From contig NW_027271236.1 in assembly GCF_040938485.1 (NCBI RefSeq), forward strand, positions 62,001 through 126,000: 64,000 bases of DNA, given 5' to 3'. Position 1 is the first letter of the stretch, and every line of letters begins with the position of its first letter. Shown piece after piece: positions 51,616 to 64,000 of this stretch. This stretch comes from Diadema antillarum (Eukaryota). The position numbers and the translations under genes were made by a program. The notes beneath the pieces were generated by a model. The model saw only the letters and a list, made by a program, of their open reading frames with translations. It was not told the DNA's origin and ran no database searches.

Positions 51616-51621
51616 AATAAA
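51616..51621 (+). other. First AATAAA I found downstream of the CDC14 stops (candidate poly(A) signal)
   Basis: gtAATAAAtgtac; the true 3' end may be much further downstream. Confidence 0.3.
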
Positions 51622-54600
51622 TGTACATTCTTTCCGCATTCCCTTGGTTTGTCCTTGTGAATTATTATGGATTAACAGGACACGTGTCTATTGCTATGAT
51701 ATGAACAAATATAATATCAAACGTACTCTGCATGTTCAACCATAAGAATCTTTGGCCTGAAATTCTTCATAAAAAGAGATAATTTTGTTGCATTAGTTGT
51801 GGTAACTGCTTTGTAGTATTCGAAATATGCTACTCAAAAATTTCTCGTAATATCACAGCAATGTTAAACGTTTGAATCTTGTAAGTTCACAATACAGTAG
51901 TCCCGATTCTTCTGTTTCAACAAATTGAGAGTTGCTGGACTCTACTAGAAACTTATAGTATATATTGGTGTGATTGAGTTTGCAAGTACTGCTTCAATGC
52001 AGAGTGTATCAAATTGCTGTCCAGCCTTATTGTAATATACATTTTATGTTGCTACCACATTCCAACCCTACGAGTAAGATTTAGGAATTGCTCCAATTAG
52101 CCTAGTCTGTATGTATACGTGTGTCACAGACTGCATGTGCGTACTGTGTGAGGAGATTAGTCATTAGTCCTGCGATTGCTTACCTACAGGTTACAATTCT
52201 CATAATACTCCAAAATCTGACATTTTGCATATTATATCAATATATCAATTATATCAATTCTGTAATGAGACACAGGTAGAAATGTACAGTGAAGTTTTTG
52301 ATAATTACACATTGCATGTTTCCCCTAATTTCTTGGTGGACCAAATATGTCACACTTTTAAGAGTCACACTGAGGAATGTTGGTCCTTCATTTACCAGAT
52401 ATTTTGCTGAGTGCTGTGTAGTGCCCAGTCATGTGAAAGTATTTTGTTTTTGTTTTTTACTCATTGATGAATGAAGCTCTTCTTTTGACCAAATTTCCCC
52501 ATTCTGTACACTTACGAACAAAACAGTTTATTTACCTCTCCATTCATTGGATATTCCTTGTCATTTGAGTTTGCAGTTCAAACAACTGAAACAACTGTTT
52601 CAGGGAGTGTGGTCATCTAATATAATGCTTTCTTTGTCACTCGCAGTGCAAAACAGAAACATGAGAAATTGTCAGTGAGGCTGACTTGGTTTCCATTTCG
52701 GTGCATATCAAAATAATTGTAAGGAAAGATTTTGACAGTCATCATCTTGTGTTTCTGATTTCATGACTTGATCTTTGATCTTTAATGAAAGGAATGATAC
52801 TTTGAGGTGAAAAATGTTCACTTGTCCTGTGCAAGCATGTGCCATCCCCATTGACTTTATTCAGTTAAAATATTTATGACCTGCAAAATTTACATTAAGT
52901 GAAGTAGAAGTCACAAGTTTTGAGCACCCAAAGATTGTGTTAGAGCATTGCTGTTGTTGTTTTAGTTTTAAAATCACTATTTTCCACAGTGCACAAGCAT
53001 TTCATGAAGTGAATGTTAAGGGAACTTTGAAATGTGACAGGAAATGCATATATTCTCTAAAAGGTACACAGCAAGGTAAATTGTTATTGTTGATAATGAA
53101 ATATTGTTAAATGTAAGGTATGAGATATATATATCAAGATATTGTCATTAGTTGTGATCATTGTTGCAGACAGTTGAAATACACGACTGAGTGCCTTTAG
53201 ATACAGTCATTCCAGTATAGAACATAAGCAAGATGACTCTTGGAGTTGAGTTTTCTTACAATGCTGTCGAATATGAGTATAGGGAAATTTGCAGTTTTAG
53301 GGTGATTTTAACATTTTATTCAGAAACTCTTTGTTGTTGATTTTTTTTCTCTGTTAGGATTTGAGATGAATGTGCCAAGGTTTGAAGTGAAGAAAAGTTT
53401 TGAAAGGATCCTGAGTAATTGTCTTGTATTTTCCTTTCTCTTTTGTAAGCTAATTTCCTCTCCTAGTATTCCATTATTCTCTGTCTTCATTTCCACATTA
53501 GAGCCTATGCGTGAACCAATTACGTAGCATTCTATTTTCATGTACCTAGGATGTGGATTGTTGATGAATGCACTCTCATGTTTACATTCTAAGTCTCTAC
53601 AATGCTCTAAACTTTCCATGTCCTTTGCAAAACCTACCATGGTATACATGTGGTTCTTGTTTTGTGTGGCTCTCTCAGTTTCTCTCTCTTTCTGCCTGTT
53701 GTATAGGCACAACCATTTAGGATATATCCAGAGCAGCTTTGTAGTCTATGCACACAAGTAACTCCTCTTCGTGGGTCCGTCTTGCACACTTTTACTACTA
53801 AGAGAACCTAGGGTTGTATATTTCTAAAGAGCTTGTGATACATATTTTTATACCGTACCAAAGTTGGAGAAGTAAAGAGTAAGAAGTGTGAAACGTGTAC
53901 ACAGAATTCTGAGAGATCAATGCAATCCACGTAGACAGTAGAGAGACAGAATATTAGATCGCTAGCAACTTTAGGTCATTCCATATAGCAGTTAGCAATT
54001 GCTGTATTTTGAATGTGCGCAACAAACTGATGTGCATTGCTCGTCTATGAAATACGATAAAAACCTAACTGTTGCAATGCTCATATTAAAAAAAAAAGAG
54101 TGGCTAAGTGTTGATTGTATGTTTCTGTAGTTTTTGAATTTTCACTATTATGTAGGTTTTATTTCTGTTATGAAGCTGTACTTTGAGATCTGCTCATCTA
54201 GTGTGTTTGTATTAGCTTTTGATGTAGTATAGTCCTTCATCAGCGCATATACTCTCAGGTAGCAGTGGTGTCGTGTTCTTATATCAGCTGGATTTTATTC
54301 AAGAGGGTCATCTTATGTACATGTATATGAGACCAACGTTTTTCCCCTAAGTTATCGCAGTTTGAATCAATCATATCCCAGTAGTATCAGCTGTTCATAT
54401 TTCAGAGAGAGTATATGATTAAGATAGCACTTCATTTGTGGAATAATGTTCAGTGAATTAAGTTGATGCTATGTTGAGTTTGAAGTAAGAGTTTTTCTTT
54501 TCTTTTTCAATAAGAAGTCAGTTGTAGAGATTATTCAGCATTTGTGAGATTAAAAAGAGCCAGTTAATTAGTATTTGTATCCATGCTTAACTGATACTAA

Positions 54601-57600
54601 TTCACGCTCACACAAGTATTCTTTTAAAGAAAACCAAATATATCTCCTTCCATTATGTAATGCTTTAAAGTTTGTTTGTGATGGAAAATTAATTGCTGTC
54701 ACTTGAGAACCTGATCAATTATGAGTTTCAATTTTCAGTTCAGTAAACTTGTTTGTTTATTATGTCAGATGATTTCATGATTGTGTGGAAAATTTTACTG
54801 TTGTCATGGCTTTTGAAGCTATTTTGTATTTTGATGCTTTTTAATTTGGAATGAGATATACCTTACTTTGCTGCCTCGTAATCATGTTTTCATTTAAAAT
54901 TTTCAGAATGTATTTCTTACTTTTTCAATGTGACCATGTTATTACACTCGTTGAGATTACAGTGTGTTGTAACCATGTTCCATGGACTACAATCACAGTA
55001 TACTAGTATCTCATTTAACCAGCAGTTGTCTTCTTTAAACCACACAATCCTTTTTCCTTTAATTACACAACAGCTGACACCCTTTCCTTCAGTAAATAAT
55101 CCAGGTCGGTCAATAGCTGTCAAATTAAGCAATTCTCAACAAATTACAGTTTAGATTTTAACATTTACAGTGTAGAATTGTTCTTCCTGAGCGATCATGA
55201 TTGGTACGTTCATGAGAGCGTATTCTTGTCTTCAGCTGTGCTTCAGAGCTAATATAAAGGTTTCTGCAAGGCCAGAATTTTGAAGTACACTGTTCCCTTG
55301 TCATTAATGTACTTACAGTGGTTTAAGAAAATCCTTAAAGACATTTGTCTCTTCTGCATTGAACACACAGTGTCTTGCCTATCCTGTCAAAGATAATTCC
55401 TTTGTTATAATGTAGACAATTTCTAACAAAAACAGTCAAATTTGTTTATCACATGATAAGACACTTATTCAGGTAGATTCACTTACTATATCTTGTTACC
55501 ATTATTTGCATGGCCAGATACATACTGAACAAACAAAATACAAAACAAGTGGAAATAATACACATATTTATTCTTGAGTTTCCATGTTGCCAAAGCAGCA
55601 AACATTCCTGTAGATGATTGTAAAACTTTGCTCAGTTTTTTAGTAAAATCTGTGTTCTAGGATATAATTTTGCAAAGTGATGTATCATTGAGAACATGAT
55701 GAGAAATATGTTAGTGATGGTAAAGTGTGTCATTTGGATTTGTTTTTATTGTCTTAGCACCTCATGATATTGCTGGTTTTGTTACAACAGCTCATAGGTG
55801 TCCCATTTGATCATCTGTTGTCACATAGCTGTGTGCTGATCACCAGAAAGTATGTTGCATAGACTGTGAAGGACATTTATTCAATAATACAGTAGTGGAC
55901 TGATGGTGTGTCTCAATGACCCTGATTTCATATCTCTTTAATATCTGTCTGTCAAAATAGACTGGCCCCTCAAAAACCATGTTGGTGTGGTACAGGGTTA
56001 GGCAAGAAATGGACTCATTTGATTTGAGCAAGCAAATAACATACATCATTTCAAGTAATTGGTAATCAATGTAACAAATCTTCTCAGAAAACTACTGTGT
56101 GCATGTCAGGCAGTCAATGCTTCACTGGTGTTGGTGCGAATTTTGTTGGTATGTTTTGAATTTACATTTGTAATACTAGGAAGTTTATTCAGAAGTGTTC
56201 ATATTTTCTTTTCAAGGCAAATTTATGACAAGTGTGGTAGTTGTAAAAGAGAAGTTTGCAAATATAACAGGAAAAAAAAGACAGGAAAATTAATAGTGAG
56301 AAGTATGAATTGACTTGTCATTTTAGTGACTGCTAAACATTAGGTTCCCATTTCCAGTTTTATTGTTTGTTTGTTTGTTGTTGTTTTTTAGGGAACACCA
56401 GCTATTGAGTGGTTTGTCCAAATTGATTTTATTCCGGTCAACCCAAGTTAAAGTGAATGCGGCCTCAGTCTCATGTCTGGCTTTGTACGAAGAAAAACAG
56501 GGCACAAGGATGATTTCGTGTATCTTGAAAATAACTGTGTTTTTCTTTCCTGAATTTGGCTTTGTGTGTAGTCATTTTAGCATGATGTTCTGGTTTATTG
56601 GTACTCTGTGTTTTTAAAAGTGTGTTTTGATGACACTTGGCTCACTCTATTGCTGTAGGTTCTTTGTTGTGTGGCTCTCCTAAGATGATACCCCGGGCCT
56701 TGAGACTGAAGACTCGGCATGAACATTCAGATATGGGGACCATTTTTATCTTCTAATTTCATGTTTATGTGTGACGTGGCTGTATAGGTTTCTTTTTATT
56801 AGTGCTTTCCATCCCTGCTTGGCCACTATTATGCTTGTATATGCGTCTTGAAACTAAAACATGTATTGTTTAAGAGGAGATGAAGAATTAATCACAAATA
56901 GGTTATTTTTGTATCTATGAATTAACAACCAAAAGTAAAGACATATATATTGTGTGTACCTGTATATAGGAATGTGAATTGACTGTAATGATGCTATGAG
57001 ATTATGATGGTTTTCATTGTACATGTTGAATAGTTTTTGAAAGTATTTGTAACCTGGTTTTTCATTTCAGTGGAAGAATCTGTCAGAAAATTATTGGCTT
57101 TATCTCCAAATGCCATGTCACGAGAGAGGCGTTGGATTTTATGGGGGAAGACGTATTCTGTATTGGTTTCAGCAGTGGCAAATTGATGTGGCCAAAGTGT
57201 AAGAATGTCACTCTTGCTACAGCAGCGTTATTAAATACTTTGTGGTCTAAATCTTACAAGAGAAACCATGAAATCCTAGCGACTCATCTGTTTGTGTTTT
57301 GTGAATTACTTCATAGAAGGTGTACAATATCATTGCTGTGTTTGTCAAAGTGCAGGCTGTCTTGTCTTCAGTTTAATCCTCGTCTGTATTAAAGTCCTTA
57401 TTTTCAGCCTCTCCTCAAATGCTTGGAAGATACGACTAGCCAATATGGTTGCGCTATTAGGGGGAAAAAAAGCACAACCAGTGGACCTCGGCTCTCTGAG
57501 CTGTATTACGACTTTCAAATAAATTGAAAATACAAAGCCAGCCCCGCGGATTATGAAGATTTTGAAAATGACAACATCCCTTTAAATTTATTTGTGAACA

Positions 57601-59689
57601 AAAATCATTATGCTACTAAAGGGGAATTCTTGACCAGCTAAAGATAATTTCTAAAAAGAGAAAGTAATATTTTACAATCACACTAGTGAAAATGTACTCA
57701 AATTCAGAAGTAATATTTGAGTCTGGGAAGTAGTTGTGTTTGGAAAAAAAAAAGGAATTTCATGATTTTGTCATTTGTGTAAAAGCTATATGGCAAGATA
57801 CGGCAAGTTGTGAGTTAAATTGATATTGGCGCGCTTTTTGCATGTTCATATTGACTGTTCAGTAGCAGTTTGGGGAATATTAGTGATTGTAATTAACAAT
57901 TACAACATACCCCTTTTCGTGCAGGTTAGTTATAGCAGACATAATCTGCCGCTTTGCAGTTTGGCACAGTCAACCCTCCAGAGCATGTTACACAAATGCT
58001 ATTGAGGCTTTGGTGAGAATTTGAATGTGCTTTTGTGGTCATGCATGTGTGGGTGTGTATGAGTATGTGTCTGTCTGTCTGTCTGACTGTACCAGTGGTA
58101 TTTGCATTGCAGAAATGGCAAGAATATAAGAGATTACATATACATCACAACCTGCATTTCCTCCATGTAAAGTCCATCAGTAAAAAACCACACACCTCCA
58201 CCAATCCAGCAAGGGCGTAACCCTCTCACATTCGGGTGACCTGCCTAGATTGTTCTACCAGCATATTATGAGTGTGGACACCTTTGTTTCTATTTTATAT
58301 TTAATTGAGTGGAGAAAGAATGACACTGTTAACACACCTCACACTTAGGGCATACATTTGATATGTATGTATACATTGTATACATACATACATACATACG
58401 TACAACTGTATATATTTATTCATTTTAACATTTACATCTGTATGTATGTGTATGTGTGTGTGTGTGTGTGTGTGTGTCTATTAGCCTTGAATATTCATTT
58501 TTTAAGTTAGTTTGTTAATTTCATTGGCAAATTGAGTTTGGTTTAACCTTTACTTTGTGCAATATTCAGGTTGACAAATGAACCACAGAAGTGCTCATGT
58601 AATTTGTTGTTTGTTTTGAAATCTTTGTTTCAGTTAATGAGTATAAAACTTGTCATTACAAGATTTTGCTACTTATTTTTTGATGGCATCCTTTTGACAT
58701 GTCCTGGCACTTTTCCATTGGTGCAGGTATAGACTGAAGAGATTGCACCTTCATTTCTGTGTGTGTATGACACACTGTTCATTAGCATGTTTGCTACTTT
58801 CATCAGCAGAATAAACAAAATATAGGCTATTTGTAAATTTATAAGTGAATAAGGAAATTAATGAATCATAAATAGATGTATAAAGAAGAAAGAAAGAAAG
58901 AAAGAAAGAAAATATTAGTAGATAAGGAAGTGAATGAATAACAGATGAATGAATAAATATAAAATCCAAATGGAAAAGTTATGATAATGAATAGAGAGAT
59001 AAACAAGAGAAGTGGATGAATGAAAAAAAAAAATTAAACAGTAGGGCCTACATGTAACTAAATCAATAAGTAGATCTATACCTGGAGATTAGTAATGTAG
59101 AAGTTAATGATAGATTAAATGCATTATCAAATACTCAGTATTGGTAGATAACTAATGAAATATATTGTAATGGCTCTAGGCGCTATGTGTAGTCCCCCTT
59201 GCTGCAAACCCTTTTGATTTTTTTTTTGTGGTCATATACACAGTACATTATAAAAATTTATAACAATACATTGTCTACACTGCGTAAAATATTAAGAAAG
59301 TATAGATTTTGCAAAGCCTTGAGAGTGCTGTCAATATGATCAACATAATTATCACTAAATGGCAATCAAGCCCAAACTTTTATGAGGGCCAGGTATAAAA
59401 GGGAATTGCAACTGTCAATCCCTACCAGCAAATACTATAGGTTGTATTTTTTTCCTCTCTCGCTCTCTCTTTTTTCCTTAATTCTCATTGCAACTGGCAG
59501 TTCAAGAAGTGCTTTCCCCTAGTTTGTGATTTAGTCCAACTGGCATCAAGCAAAAATGTTCAGTCGCTCCTAAAACCCTCCATGCGAATTACTCAGTAAA
59601 TGAAATGCTCGCTACTCATAAACAAAAGATATTCGAAGTATCGAAGCGCAAAGCCCGTCCTCCCCTTTGACACAACTTGGACTCGTCCT

Positions 59690-60311
59690 CTTCATACTCG
59701 CAAAATGGCCACTATAGAACACACATTGAGAAATTAGCGAAGGAAATTTAGTGAAGACAGAGTCTGGTGAAATTGCATCGCCCTTCCTTATCATCTACTG
59801 ACGAAATACTGACGAAGGAAATGCTCATAATTAGCGTGGGTTTTTCGCCATTTGTCCGTCATTTTTATCGATAGCTGACGAAACTTTGGAGCAGAGAGCG
59901 GACATCGGTTATTCTCACCCTTTATACCGCAGGGTACGTAAACACAGCATTATAACGCATTGACAAAGTCACAATGTAAAGTCATGGGCGCAAGTGTGTA
60001 CACAAGTAATGTCGCATGGTACGACGCCGTGCCTGCCTACACTAACATTACACTTTTTGCGTAGAGTACTTTAACGTAAAACTGAGTAAAGCAACCACAT
60101 TAATAATTAAGTGTCAGTCGTCCCCTATATCAGTATATGGGGATATTGAATTATTTCCTGCCCAGATAGCATCTGGGCACCTGAAACTTTAACTAATCGC
60201 TGGGCTGATTGATGGTCTTCTGTTGCTGTTCCAAAAATGTTATCACCAACTGGCCAAGCGTTGTGGGACCAGACAGGTTGTGGGACTGGACGCGTATTGT
60301 AAAATGTAAGT
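59690..60311 (+). promoter_or_regulatory. Candidate native TMEM259 promoter and non-coding exon region
   Basis: CpG content rises after an 8-kb CpG-poor stretch. YY1-like CAAAATGGC at 59701 and CGCCATTT near 59847. Donor-like gg|GTACGT at 59934 and at|GTAAGT at 60306. Confidence 0.35.
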
Positions 60312-61843
60312 GTGTGTATTTAGTGCGTCTGTAATGAAAATGACGCTGTGAAAGTCTCACAAGGTGTTACGAGTTTAACATTTATACACACATATGTCAT
60401 TAGGCCAGTTCGATCGAATGTTCGATAGCATCGATCGTACGGCGAGAATGTAAACACCGTGCACGCTCGCTCCCCATATATTTCCCGTACAAGATCAACG
60501 CGTGCACAACTCTCTTTGATACATTCCTACATGGAGTCACTTTGAAGGGGAAAATCCAACAATTTAGTAGGTTCTCACGCCGTTTTCAGAGTATGTTGTC
60601 TAGTATATGAGGAGTCTATATCAAGTCTTTGAGGTAAAGAAGGGGGCATATTCTATGTAAGATAGGCAAGTTTTCACGTGCGAACTTAAGTGTCCAGAAA
60701 AACAACCCCCCATCATACATCTAAATTTACAGTCAACAGTGTAGCATCGAGACCTATTATATTTGACACACGTTACTGTCGTTTAGTATGGTTGGACCTA
60801 CTACTCATCGACCGCCTAATATCCGTTTGCTTGATAAGAATATCTAACACTGAAATTCATGTAAAAACTTGACCTACGTGATTGAGAAAATCCAGCACTA
60901 TCAAATGCCGTTGTTCCCTTTTCAATTCGAAGTTTCAGTGCAAAAATATCGCCGTCGAACTTGCGTGGCCTCGTTTCAGCTCCCCGTGGTACCACTCCTT
61001 ATTGAGATCGACCGCTGTTTTTGCATTGACAATGCACACAAACCGAGTTGTATTGAACACCGTGTTGTACGAGGCTTTTTAGGAACTTTCATACCCCGGT
61101 AGACGTTACATATACGATTCGGTTAAAATATTCATTCGAAATTATGTCCTTGATTTAAACAATTAATGAACAGTGAATTTTCGTGTTTTCCCACACATCC
61201 TCATCAACAGTCAAAGCCAATCCATTTTTATGTGCTCTGCGCGCAGTGAAGTGTGTACCGGTACTATTAAGCGTTCTGTGCGCCAGTACTTCGCGGTCAC
61301 TTTCAATAAGGGCGGTCGATATGTAGTAGGGTTACCATGTACTCTAAAAGTCTACTGTAATGTTAGAGAAATCCAGAAATGGGATTGGGCAAGCTCCACA
61401 TCCTTTTGCATTGGCATGACATGATAGCTGCATAGAAACAAGATTGTATTAGGTAAGGTAAGGCAATACTATACATGATGGGAAGTGTCAAGTGAACTAA
61501 TCAACTGGTGTGTGCATTCACTCAAGGGCTCAAAAGCACCAAAGGCAAAGCGAACCATACTTCTGTATGATAATACTGTCGTGCCAGGTTTGGAGTGTTC
61601 AAGCTCATGCTGGCTGGTCTCTAAAGAAAGCATACCTCATGAGTTATTTTTAGAGGGGGGGGGGTCACACATTTTGTAGCAACAGGGTCGTTGATTCACC
61701 TGGTGCACTTAAACTACTTTACAGATGTCCCGAACAAAGAGAATAAACTCTTTGTGACTTTGCATTATATGATGTGCAATGTCTACGCGCATTCTTCACA
61801 TGCAAACTGTTGGTATGCTTTCGGTACGCTTTTGGAGTACATC

Positions 61844-62066
61844 GGGAAATGGTCCACTTTTTTGGCTTGGTTCGATTCAGCTATCAGTAAGGCACACTTT
61901 ACTCTTCTTAGCTTTAGGAGCATTTGAGCGCTCCTCTGGCACGGTTTTGGCACGAGGGAAATGGTCCACTTTTTTGGTTTGGTTCAATTCAGCTATCAGT
62001 AAGGCACACTTTACTCTTCTTAGCTTTAGGAGCGTTTGAACGCTCCTCTGGCATGGTTTTGGCACA
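61844..62066 (+). repeat. Tandem duplication, 2 x 112 bp, probably within a decayed DNA transposon (~61510-62105)
   Basis: gggaaatggtccacttttttgg...ggttttggcac occurs twice. Flanking partial inverted TCAAGGGCTC / GAGCCCTTGA. Confidence 0.85.
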
Positions 62067-62200
62067 ATTTGGTTCGCTTAAGGAGAGCCCTTGAACGCAT
62101 CCCGAGTTTGCCATACTCCAAAGCCAGGTGTCACAACACATATGAAGAGAATGTATCCACATAATCTAGTAGACAGGAAACCCATGAAGGGCTCGAAATT

Positions 62201-63208
62201 CTCGCTATCGCCAATGACGTAAAAAGTACCCGGATGTTGATTTATGCGTCATTTACGGTGCATTATGGGATAGTCCGGTAGCAAAGTCACTTCCGTTCGT
62301 ACGCGCGTGATACGTGACAAATGCTATTTACACACACAACCGACTGTATTCTATGTGTACTTCCGGTTTTCTCGACTTGAATTACAGCTTTAATATGATT
62401 TGAAATTTCTCCATTCTTAAGAAATTGCTGTTCATACGACTTTTGGTTGTTGCTGCGAAGCTGCCATGTGTTGTTCGCACGACAATAAATGAAAAAAATC
62501 TGCAGAAATAGGACCCTTACTGGCATGCGAGACGTGACGTGGCCGCGTGGGTGAAGTTTGCGGGTGACTCCACAGCGCAGTATGTGCACGCGCGACTTAC
62601 TAGCTGCTAGTAGTGGTACTTAGTAGTATATGTACTCAGTAGTAGGCCTAGTGCCTACGTACATTGTACGTACTTACTTGGAAGAAGTTGCTTCGGAGAC
62701 AGGATAAATTCGACATCACTGTTCGTTCCCGATTGTGTTCGCGACATTTCGACAGAGAACAAATAAAAAAAAAAGATGGGCATTCCATGACGATATACTG
62801 TATATCCAGGTGGGTGAATATTTTCCAGCATATTTTCAGCGTATGCAGAGATGACTGATCTGTGATGTGCACATCGATCGCATGATCAAGCAGTACGCTA
62901 CTGGTATGTGTGAGCTTATGCGCTGCGTGCAGAGTGGTGCATGCTAATGCTGCAAGGCCGGCCGGCCGCCGGAGGGGACTATACAGTGTACGAGTATGAC
63001 AGGCCTGGCCACTCGCTGGCTCGGGCGGTACAGGGGCCTACTGTACTTTACCCGTGGTCGGCGCTGCGCTATAGGTAAGGTATACGTACGCGCACGCTAG
63101 CGTTGTGCAAATTATGCTCCGCGCCGGAAGTGCCCTTGCTACCAAGTGTACTACATCTTGACGAAAAAGCCACATCCGGGTACTTTTTACGTCATTGGCG
63201 ATAGTGAG
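62201..63208 (+). mobile_element. ~1-kb TIR DNA transposon with a decayed THAP domain
   Basis: 41-bp inverted repeats, 62197-62237 vs 63172-63212 (40/41, including flanking AATT). CpG-rich interior with a THAP-like peptide. Confidence 0.85.
62679..62795 (+). pseudogene. THAP zinc-finger C-terminal half, degenerate
   Basis: WKKLLRRQDKFDITVRSRLCSRHFDREQI matches the THAP W..RR....CS.HF motif. Small indels restore KDGIPTI (AVPTIF-like). The N-terminal C2 half was not found. Confidence 0.7.
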
Positions 63209-63536
63209 AATTAGCAATGGCCCATTGCCACTAAAAATCTATGATGGGCTACCAAAAGGCTATCTCTTGATGGCTTGATCAGGCACTCAAGATTGAAAAT
63301 GGATTGTTAAATGTTATGTTTCGTTTATTGTTGGCCACTACATTTCTTTTTCTGGCCACCAGAGAAAGAGTTATTATTGAGTCTTGCATGTATGATTGCA
63401 AGTCTTTGCTTAGTATACTGATACAGCAGAAAGGCATAATTTATATTCACATGAGTGGAAAGATGTATAAAATTGTATATGAATTGTTAACAAATTTGTG
63501 CAATTTCTATACTGTTGTAACTTTGTCTACACGTAG

Positions 63537-63966
<430 letters not shown>

Positions 63967-64000
63967 TAGATGACCACATTTGTTTCGTTTGTTTGTTTAT

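Noticed and set aside
61844-62066. Tandem units (also 1026-1718 and 12008-12113) as a CRISPR array
   Set aside because: Eukaryotic DNA, only two copies each, no unique spacers and no cas genes.
62287-62589. 100-aa minus-strand ORF in the THAP element as a second transposon gene
   Set aside because: No recognisable Myb/SANT, YqaJ or DDE motif.

Overview
Eukaryotic, AT-rich, intron-rich genomic DNA. It is probably from an invertebrate deuterostome such as a sea urchin; this is an inference from repeat style and exon structure, not proven. Most of the window (11.5-51 kb, + strand) is the middle and 3' part of a single CDC14A/B-like dual-specificity phosphatase gene. Nine exons join in frame with canonical GT-AG sites, and the catalytic HCKAGLGRT motif is split across two of them. 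The N-terminal exons lie upstream of the window or were not found. The last 0.5 kb holds the first coding exon of membralin (TMEM259). Introns carry many short non-autonomous DNA transposons (TA-, TTAA- and CAG-flanked MITEs, fold-back elements, nested insertions), tandem duplications and a 132-N assembly gap. The most striking observation is the 3' end of CDC14. One terminal exon (from 51031) gives a short stop-terminated peptide in each reading frame: frame 0 gives a CDC14A-like tail (SYKPSYSFY*), phase 2 gives a CDC14B-like tail (SRTSPRIHSTKSAALR*), and phase 1 completes a hydrophobic tail begun by an exon at 44726 that is absent from the ORF track. Candidate cassette exons of different phases lie upstream of it. 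Also notable are RFX X-boxes on or near exons, and a 1-kb TIR element with a decayed THAP domain that places promoter motifs and a splice donor just upstream of TMEM259. All isoform predictions are inferences from sequence and need RNA-seq. Human comparisons are recalled from memory, not computed.
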